Assembly: GCA_965248695.1 (NCBI GenBank)
Contig: CBDFKD010000002.1
Coordinates: forward strand, 2,528,001 to 2,592,000
DNA: 64,000 nt
Reading direction: 5' to 3'
DNA from: Acidobacteriota bacterium
Lineage (GTDB): Bacteria > Acidobacteriota > UBA890 > WLXD01
Below are positions 57,063 through 64,000 of this stretch, piece by piece; the first letter of the stretch is position 1, and the number at the start of each line of letters is the position of its first letter. A program made the translations under genes and the position numbers. Below the pieces are notes generated by a model that saw only the letters and a program-made list of their open reading frames with translations, was not told the origin of the DNA and did not search any database.

Positions 57063-59030
57063 CTACTCGACGTGGAAGACGGTGCGGGTTTCGCGATCAA
57101 ACTGACTGCCGGAATCCGGCCAGAAGACGAAGAACTCAAGCGAGTACCGACCCCTCTCGGCCGCGGAGAAAGTGTAGCTGCCGCTGAAAGTGCTGTCGGA
57201 ACCGAGGTCGTCGCGGATCTCGATGTCGTCGGCCTTTCGTAGCAACGCCGGACCCTCGGCCCGCGCCGCAAGCCTGTCGGTACCGGCAGGATCGTGCTTG
57301 CGCAAGCGTATGAGCATCCGATTGAAGTCGCTGCGATCCGTGGCGATCACTCGTCCAGAGAAGTTGATCGCCTTGCCGGCTTTGATCTTGGTCGGGACCC
57401 TGGCGGCGAACTCGACCGCGCGCCAGTCATCGCGCTGGTAGTCCGGATACGCGACCTTGAGCCTTCCCTTGGCTTTCGGGCCTCCCTTCGGGTCGACCAC
57501 ATTGACGAGCTTGATCTTCCGCTCCGATGTCTGGAACAGCGAACCGAAGCCGCGGAAGGTCATCGTACCGTTGTCCTTCTTGGCATAGGTATGGCGCTGC
57601 GCCACCCAGGTCCAGTAATCGAACTCCGCCTGGCTCATGACCTCCTCGCGCGACACGACTACCACGGCGCGCTTGAGCTTCTTGGGCGCCTTGGGGCCGG
57701 TGCGCTCGCCGAGCGCCTCGGTGATGTCGTCGATGCTGACCTGCACGGTGCCACCTTCTACCGCGGTGCTGACATCGGGAGAGGTCGCTGAGTCAGGATC
57801 GAACTGACCCTGTTCCTTGAAGACCGTGAGCGTCGGGACCTTCGACCGGGATAGTAATCCCATGGAGTACTTCACCCACGGGTGATACACGAACGGCGGT
57901 TCGGTGAATCCGATCGTGAAGGCGCGAGCCGACCTCGGGAGGCGGGCAGTACCCGTAACTTCGCGGTCGGCTTGCAGCACGGAGCCGATCAGGGTGTCGC
58001 CGCCGGTGGCGAGCGGCAGATGGGCGCTAGGCTGGTGGCCGGCGCGGTCGATGCCAGCGATCGCGTCCCAGTCGAAGTGGTGCCCCCACTGGTGCGTGAG
58101 CTCGTGAATCCATGTCGAAGCCCTTCCGAACCGCACGCCACGGAAGAACTCGACACCGAGCAGCGTCTTCGGGTTGCCGTACTCGTCGTTTCGGTCTCTG
58201 ATCGTCGTTCCTATGCCGGTGATCGTCTGCTTCGTTCGTCGATGGAAGGCGCTGAACTCCGACGACAGGTTCGTCCATCGCGGGATCATCGCGATGACGT
58301 GGGCGGTGTCCTTGAAGCTGTCGTAGAACGCCTGCGCCAGCTCGCGGTCCTGGATCGAAAAGCCGTCCTGCGCTCGATCGTTTCCGAATCCGGGCAGAAC
58401 GATGTTGATCACATCGCTGCTGTAGGAAACCTGTGAGTCGAGCCGCTTGACGCTGACCTTCTTCATGCTCGTCGGCGCAACGCGGAGATTGATGTTGAAC
58501 CGTGTCACCACGGAGCCCGATCGCCCTCGTAGATCGGGCTCGAGCGCTCCGATGAACAGGTCGGGTTGGTCGAACCCGGTACGCTTGCCGGCGAAGAAGA
58601 GATCGATCTCCTCGGCCGCGAACGTCCGTGCGAAGAGGCTGACCTTGACGCCGTCGAGCGTATCGGTGCCGGTGCGAATCCAGGTCTCGTCGGGATGGCT
58701 CTGGTTCGCGTCGGAGATCGACGGATCGAAGTTGATCTTCGACACGTTCCCCACGACCGTCACGTCCCGGAGGGTCACCTCGCCCCGATAATCGTAGTTG
58801 ATGACCGGCGGGTCCTGGAAGAAGAAGAGCGGTGTTCCGTCGGCTTCATCGCGCAGCGAGTCGCCTTCGCGTAGCTCGTCGAGGCCGGTGCCACACAGCA
58901 GGCGCTCGTCGTCTGCGAGCTCGAGCCTCAGCTCCCGTTCCAGGCGGCCAACGTCAATCGACTGAGAAGCGGCGGTGGCCGCCAGCGATAGCGTGCCGAG
59001 CACGACGGCCGAAACCAGTGCGCGGGTCAT
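57063..59030 (-). CDS. Large secreted hypothetical protein with HExxH motif
   Basis: Signal peptide MTRALV..AAS; TWIHELTHQWGH; beta-rich N- and C-terminal regions. Confidence 0.65.
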   Translation of the reverse strand: MTRALVSAVVLGTLSLAATAASQSIDVGRLERELRLELADDERLLCGTGLDELREGDSLRDEADGTPLFFFQDPPVINYDYRGEVTLRDVTVVGNVSKINFDPSISDANQSHPDETWIRTGTDTLDGVKVSLFARTFAAEEIDLFFAGKRTGFDQPDLFIGALEPDLRGRSGSVVTRFNINLRVAPTSMKKVSVKRLDSQVSYSSDVINIVLPGFGNDRAQDGFSIQDRELAQAFYDSFKDTAHVIAMIPRWTNLSSEFSAFHRRTKQTITGIGTTIRDRNDEYGNPKTLLGVEFFRGVRFGRASTWIHELTHQWGHHFDWDAIAGIDRAGHQPSAHLPLATGGDTLIGSVLQADREVTGTARLPRSARAFTIGFTEPPFVYHPWVKYSMGLLSRSKVPTLTVFKEQGQFDPDSATSPDVSTAVEGGTVQVSIDDITEALGERTGPKAPKKLKRAVVVVSREEVMSQAEFDYWTWVAQRHTYAKKDNGTMTFRGFGSLFQTSERKIKLVNVVDPKGGPKAKGRLKVAYPDYQRDDWRAVEFAARVPTKIKAGKAINFSGRVIATDRSDFNRMLIRLRKHDPAGTDRLAARAEGPALLRKADDIEIRDDLGSDSTFSGSYTFSAAERGRYSLEFFVFWPDSGSQFDRETRTVFHVE

Positions 59031-59159
59031 CAAAGTCCTCGGTGCACCAAGGGTACTCTGAGCAATCTGTCGGAAAGCTGCGAGAGCATAGCATCGCATC
59101 AGGGGCCCGATCAGAGACCTGGCCAAGAACGTCGCCGGCTAGTGGCAACCGGCGTTGGC

Positions 59160-60242
59160 CTAGCTTCCGGGGCGTTCTCCGATCTCGAAGGGCAGCGTCA
59201 CGGGCTGCATCTCCGGGACACCGATTCGATCGGCATCCAGAGGCTCATCGAATAGTCGTGACAGGCTGTTGCCGGCCAGATCTTCGAGCGACGGCGCCAC
59301 GCGAACGACATAGCCGCCGGGCGGCCACGGAGTGGCGGGCGCGAAGCTCCAGCGTCGATCGCCGTCGAAAACCAGGGAGCTGCCCTCGATCCGCTCGCCA
59401 TCGGATGACTCGACGGTGATCAGCCGCTCCAGCAGCGCGTGATCGAGCGGCTCCTCGAGTCGGAGATCCACCGGCGCATCTGGGGTCACTGGGGCAGTCA
59501 GGAGCCACCCCTCGGGATTCGGGCGGGCGCGATCGGCTGGCCCCACACGCCAGGTCTTGTCGAGGCGCGCGGCAAGCGGCGCCCCCTCACCGTCGGGCCA
59601 TTCGGCTGATACTCGCAAGGTGATCGTCTGACCGGCGCGCAACGGTGAACCCAGCTCGAGATTGGGGCCGACATCTTGCTTGAGGCGACCGGGGTCGAAG
59701 AACACGGTCAGGCGATCGGAGGCTGGACTCCAAAGCTCATGCTCCGGAACGACGAACGCGCCGCTGATGGGGTTGCCAGCGTCGTCAACCAATTCGAGGA
59801 ACTCGCGCGCACGCCCGCGACTCATCGGCGCCGAGAACTGCACGTAGAGTCGGAGCAAATTCTCGGGTACGACCTCGGTGACCGGATACACCGCGGACAC
59901 CACGGTGGTCGCCGCCAGATCTTTCGCTGGCGTAGTGAACGCCCGTACGACCTGGTCGCCATCGGCGGGTGACCACACGGCGGTGTACGTCTGACCGTGG
60001 CCGAGCTGATAACGGGGCTGCCAGCGAACCAGCCCAGCCTCCAGTGTGAGCTGGCCGAGCACCGGAGATCGATCGGTGTCCAGCTGATCCGCGGCTCCGG
60101 TATAGACCACCAGATCGACCGCGTTACCGGAAACTCCGGTCAGTTCGACTTGCCAGCCGTCTGTCGCGCTGCCGACGAAGCGCAGCTCGGGCTCACCCTC
60201 GCTATCGGCGCCGCAGCCGGCGAGGGCCGCGGCCGCGATCAA
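59160..60242 (-). CDS. Hypothetical lipoprotein with Ig-like repeats
   Basis: LAGC lipobox; PENLLRLY.QFSAPM, LT.FFDPGR.K, LEDLAGN. Start may lie slightly upstream. Confidence 0.75.
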   Translation of the reverse strand: MIAAAALAGCGADSEGEPELRFVGSATDGWQVELTGVSGNAVDLVVYTGAADQLDTDRSPVLGQLTLEAGLVRWQPRYQLGHGQTYTAVWSPADGDQVVRAFTTPAKDLAATTVVSAVYPVTEVVPENLLRLYVQFSAPMSRGRAREFLELVDDAGNPISGAFVVPEHELWSPASDRLTVFFDPGRLKQDVGPNLELGSPLRAGQTITLRVSAEWPDGEGAPLAARLDKTWRVGPADRARPNPEGWLLTAPVTPDAPVDLRLEEPLDHALLERLITVESSDGERIEGSSLVFDGDRRWSFAPATPWPPGGYVVRVAPSLEDLAGNSLSRLFDEPLDADRIGVPEMQPVTLPFEIGERPGS

Positions 60243-60279
60243 GCTCGCGGCCGCAGCCAGCCGAATTGTGTTCAGCGCC

Positions 60280-61383
60280 TCAGATCCACTGCGCCGGACG
60301 CAGCGACAGCCTCAGGGCGCCGTTCTCGGGCAACCGCTCGAGAATCAGCAACGCATCGTTGCGCAGCTTGTCGACCTGCACCACCAAACCCAGCGGCGCG
60401 CCCTCGTAGTCGACGCCAGTGCGCGGACCGACCTCTTCCTCGATGCTAGGCATCTGCTGCGCCGCGAGGATGTCGGCCATCGGGATCTTCATCGTGCCGC
60501 GGCGTGAGTTCGTCAACAGGACGTACTCCTCGCCATCCTGCTCGAACGACACCATGTCGATCGGCACGTTGCCGAAGCCGAGCTCAGCGATGGTCTTGCC
60601 GCGCATGCGATCGGCGTCGCGCATCTCGTCGAGGGCAAAGGTCACCAGCGGCGTGCAGAGATAGCCGGCCAGAACGTGCTTCTTGCCCTGGAGCTCGACC
60701 GGCAGGAAGGTGTAGATCGGCGCGTGCGTCTCGTACTGTCCGTGCGCACCGTGGTAGATCTCGAGCCCGGTCGCATCGTCGGCCGACGCGAAGGGGAACG
60801 GAACGCGACGCATGACCGAGGCGAACTCCTCGTTCGAGAGGCCGGCTACGAAGAGCTCGTCACCCATCAGCTCGATATCGGTAATCGTCATCGAGCGCGG
60901 GTTCCGGCGCGCGCCGGGATCGTCGTCGGGAGCGTTGGTGAAGTCGTGCCGCGTGTAGGCCACCTCCGCCAGATCCACGTGATGCAGCTGCCCGTCGGGT
61001 GTGACCTTCATCACCACGGGCTCCGCGTGACTTCCGCTTCCGCGCATGATCGACAGGTAGGCGGCCCCGGAGTTGCTGTCGACCGCCATGTCCTTGACGA
61101 AGACGTCCGACGACGTCGTGCCCAGCATCTCGGCGATCTTGGAATCGAGATCGCTGACCGCCTCGAACTCCTCCGGCGCCGCGGCGCCACTGCCGACCTC
61201 GAGCGCATAGAGCGAGCCGCCAACCGAGTCGCCGGCGAAGAGCACCCCGTCGGAGAACTCGAGGGCACCGATCGATCGCATGGGTGGATCGACGAGCGTC
61301 GCCTCGCCGTCGGTGTAGATCCAGCCAACCGATGCGGCGATCGCAACGGCCGCGCAGAAGATAAGAGCGCGCTTGTTCATCAC
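60280..61383 (-). CDS. Hypothetical secreted protein (beta-propeller-like)
   Basis: Signal peptide; LF.GDS, GLSNEEFAS, EIYHGAHG..ETHAP, Y.CTPLV, TIAELG.GN.P.DM. Confidence 0.75.
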   Translation of the reverse strand: MMNKRALIFCAAVAIAASVGWIYTDGEATLVDPPMRSIGALEFSDGVLFAGDSVGGSLYALEVGSGAAAPEEFEAVSDLDSKIAEMLGTTSSDVFVKDMAVDSNSGAAYLSIMRGSGSHAEPVVMKVTPDGQLHHVDLAEVAYTRHDFTNAPDDDPGARRNPRSMTITDIELMGDELFVAGLSNEEFASVMRRVPFPFASADDATGLEIYHGAHGQYETHAPIYTFLPVELQGKKHVLAGYLCTPLVTFALDEMRDADRMRGKTIAELGFGNVPIDMVSFEQDGEEYVLLTNSRRGTMKIPMADILAAQQMPSIEEEVGPRTGVDYEGAPLGLVVQVDKLRNDALLILERLPENGALRLSLRPAQWI

Positions 61384-61583
61384 GGTACTCCTTGGGGAGC
61401 TGAAGAACGACGTCGACGACGCGCTCTTCCCGAGGCGATGGCGCGATCGTCACGCGAGGAGTCTCGCCCCCCGCAGTCTCGCGAGCATTCTATCGGCAGG
61501 CGCCACGTCGACGCCACGACGGCAGGTCAGCGACGCCCAACCTCTCCGGAGGCGCAGCCCACCAGCGGCGCCCAGCAAGCCGG

Positions 61584-62405
61584 CTAGCGCGGAAACAGCA
61601 CCGGGAACAACGGGTGCTCCAGGGGGCTGCCGGCAGGCAACTCGCCGCTGAGCCCGGGAAAGGGCGGCGATGTCTTCCATCGGCGCGGCGCGTGCACAAC
61701 GTCATCGCCGAGCACGCGCACCGAGAATACCCGCCGGCGCTGGGTTCCCTGTACGCCGGCCGCACCGTGCAGCGTCAGCATGTGGAAAGCGACCGCATCG
61801 CCGGGCTCGACCGCCCAGCTGAGGATCCGATGGGCATCGCGATCCGCCTCGATGTCCGGAACCTCCTGCAGCGTGCCGTCGGGGAACCACCGCGCCTCCG
61901 CAGTCAGGAACGTCCGCGGCATGAGCCACGGACCCAGGTGGGAGCCGGCCACGAACTCCAGCGTCCACTCTTTCGGCACCGGGTCGACCGGAATCCAGAA
62001 GCTGACGTTCTGGCGCCCGTCGATGTTGTAGAACGGCTGATCCTGGTGCCATGCAGTGCGTTGCGCCGTGCCGGGTTCCTTCACCAGCATATGGTCGTGG
62101 AACAGTCGCACCCGCCGCGATTGCATCAGTCGCGCAGCAGCGGCGCCCAGCTCCGTCTCCTGGATGAAGCGCCGGTACGCGGTGTTCTCCTGCCAGTTAC
62201 AGAAGTCCTCCATGAACCACCCCGGATCGTCCGGCTGGCTCGCGACGATCGAGCGCGGGCTCGGCGAAGCGATATTGGCGTCGATGCCTTCGCGCAGCAG
62301 GTCGATCTCGTCGTCGGTAAACAACCCGCGCACGACCACCGCGCCATCGCGCGCGTAGTCGTCCACTAGCGAAGCGAGTACTCGTCGCTGGGCTCTATCG
62401 TTCAT
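61584..62405 (-). CDS. Phytanoyl-CoA dioxygenase (Fe/2OG) family protein
   Basis: Y..DG..V.RG, KEPG...T.WHQD, GSH, PGDAV.FH..TLH, RR.FS.R. Confidence 0.9.
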   Translation of the reverse strand: MNDRAQRRVLASLVDDYARDGAVVVRGLFTDDEIDLLREGIDANIASPSPRSIVASQPDDPGWFMEDFCNWQENTAYRRFIQETELGAAAARLMQSRRVRLFHDHMLVKEPGTAQRTAWHQDQPFYNIDGRQNVSFWIPVDPVPKEWTLEFVAGSHLGPWLMPRTFLTAEARWFPDGTLQEVPDIEADRDAHRILSWAVEPGDAVAFHMLTLHGAAGVQGTQRRRVFSVRVLGDDVVHAPRRWKTSPPFPGLSGELPAGSPLEHPLFPVLFPR

Positions 62406-62450
62406 GGCGCTGACACTACCGCGGATGACCCAGAAGGTAGGCCGAACGTA

Positions 62451-63603
62451 TCAACGCCGACTGAAGAAGACCTCGAGGAGCTCCTGCTCGAAGGTCTTGC
62501 TGCGATCGAGCGCGGCGCGGAACTGATCGCGACCGAGATGGAGCACCTCCGTATGTCGCGAAGCGGTGACGGTGGCGTTGCGCGGCTCGCCGGTTATCAG
62601 CGCGGCCTCGCCGAAGAAGTCGCCGGCGCCGAGCTCGGCGACCGGCTCCTCGCCGTCGTCAACCGTGATTGACACGACACCCTCGCGAATCAAGTAGAAC
62701 TTGTCGCCGGCCTCGCCTTGGCGAACGATCGCCTCGACAGGCTCGAACCACGCCGGCTGCATGTATTGCGCCACCTCGGCAAGCTCTCCCGGCGTCTGAT
62801 CTTTGAAGACCGGACAGCGTTTGAGGAAATCGCAAATCTGCACCGACCCGGCCACGTGCACGGTTGATGATGCGATCGGCGATATCGAGGATACGGTCGT
62901 CGTGGGTGACCAGTAGCACGCAGGCGCCGTCCTCGTCCGCGCGACGTCGCAACAGGTCAACAACGGTGCGACTGGTCCCGGCATCGAGCGCCGCAGTCGG
63001 CTCGTCGGCAAGAATCAACCGCGGCGAGTTGGCCAGAGCGCGGGCTATCGCGACCCGTTGGCGCTGACCTCCCGAGAGCTTCTCGGGCTTGTAGTCGATC
63101 CGGTCGGCAAGCCCGAGCTCGCCTAGCAGGTCGATGGCAACCTTGGCCCGCTCTTCCCGGCTCGCGTCGCCGAGCTCGAGTGCCATGCCGACGTTCTGCT
63201 GCGCCGTAAGCGACTCGAACAGGTTGTGCGCCTGGAAGATGAAGCCAATCTGGCGACGCACCGCGACCAGCTCGTCCGCTGTCAACGTTGCGAGCTCCTG
63301 TCCGAGGACCCTCACCGATCCCTCCTGCACCGAGCGCAGGCCGCCGACGAGGGTGAGCAGCGTGGTCTTGCCGGAGCCAGAAGGCCCGGTAAGAATCGCT
63401 ACCTCACCGGGCTTGACGCCGAGCATGCAATCGTCGAGGGCGCGCTTGCTTGCCTCGCCATCGCCGAAGTGGTGCGTAACCGCCTGGACATCGACCGCCG
63501 GGACCACAGTGTCGCGTGGCTGGGCTGACGGCTCGGGCGAGCTCGTCGAGCCAGCATCGCCTGCGGCGGTAGGCGCCGCGGCTGCGTCGTCGATTATCGT
63601 CAA
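62451..63603 (-). pseudogene. DevA-like ABC ATP-binding protein with C-terminal cNMP-binding domain, frameshifted
   Basis: GPSGSGKT, LSGGQ, LADEPT, VTHD..DIADRIIN in one frame; VHVAGSVQICDFL...GDFFGE.ALI..EPRNATV continues in another frame from about 62861. Confidence 0.75.
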
Positions 63604-64000
63604 AACAGCTCGGCGGGGTCGGCGGCCATCGCCCGTCGCGCCGCCAGCGTGCCGGCGCCCAGGCACATGGTTACCGTCATCGCCAGCACGAGACCACCCC
63701 GGAACAACGTCAGGCGCATGAGGATGCCGGTCTGCGCTTGGAGGAAACTGTAGACACCGAGGGCACCGATGGTGCCGGCGATGAATCCTGCCAGCGATAG
63801 ATATAGAGCCTGGGCGACCACCACCTGGAGCAGAAAACGATCTCGGTAGCCCACCGCTTTCAGCGTCGCGAACTGCGGCAGCAGGTCGCTCACGTCGGTG
63901 AACAGGATCTGATAGCAGATCACCACGCCGATGATGAAACCAACGGCCATGCCGATACCGAACACCGAGCCGATCGGTTGCTCGCGCTGCCAGTACTGCT
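63600..64000 (-). CDS. DevC-like ABC transporter permease (5' end off window)
   Basis: PIG.VFG.G..VGF.IG.VICYQIL.TDV..L..FATLKA.GY, ADPAELF. Confidence 0.88.
   Translation of the reverse strand, partial: QYWQREQPIGSVFGIGMAVGFIIGVVICYQILFTDVSDLLPQFATLKAVGYRDRFLLQVVVAQALYLSLAGFIAGTIGALGVYSFLQAQTGILMRLTLFRGGLVLAMTVTMCLGAGTLAARRAMAADPAELF

Noticed and set aside
59139-59163. CTAGTGGC...CTAG resembling the end of the 28638/46625 elements
   Set aside because: Only 4 bp match beyond CTAG; too short to call a remnant.
872-63721. Numerous long antisense and alternate-frame ORFs (e.g. 24682-26109, 38407-39696, 32151-33335)
   Set aside because: Shadow ORFs expected at high GC; each overlaps a gene with clear family motifs.
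1-64000. CRISPR arrays, tRNA/rRNA, riboswitches, integrases/transposases
   Set aside because: No regularly spaced repeats, cloverleafs or DDE/tyrosine-recombinase motifs recognised by eye; an Rfam scan would be needed to exclude small RNAs.

Overview
GC-rich bacterial chromosomal window, most likely from an Acidobacteriota genome. This is inferred from three orphan ADOP-type duplicated ABC permeases, a DUF1592/DUF1552/ankyrin cassette, TolB-repeat amidohydrolases and a PQQ dehydrogenase/diheme cytochrome pair. It holds about 45 mostly minus-strand genes for secreted redox and hydrolytic enzymes, phosphonate use, cysteine synthesis and an ECF sigma module. No tRNA, rRNA, CRISPR array or transposase was seen. 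The main unannotated signals are: (1) three MITE-like elements flanked by duplicated CTAG, each sitting in a gene's TAG stop codon, with different terminal inverted repeats but a shared, covarying structured core; (2) one of them splits a putative nucleotidyltransferase toxin-antitoxin operon whose upstream gene carries a TniA/Mu-transposase-like HTH; (3) a tandemly duplicated module of a heme-c/PHM-type dicopper monooxygenase-like protein plus an unknown lipoprotein, divergent from a cytochrome c/PQQ dehydrogenase pair; (4) a Rieske oxygenase with a twin-arginine signal; (5) a serine hydrolase fused to a cupin; (6) three deletion-type lesions (phnW remnant, DUF885 gene, DevA-cNMP gene). All calls are by eye from motifs; no database searches were run.
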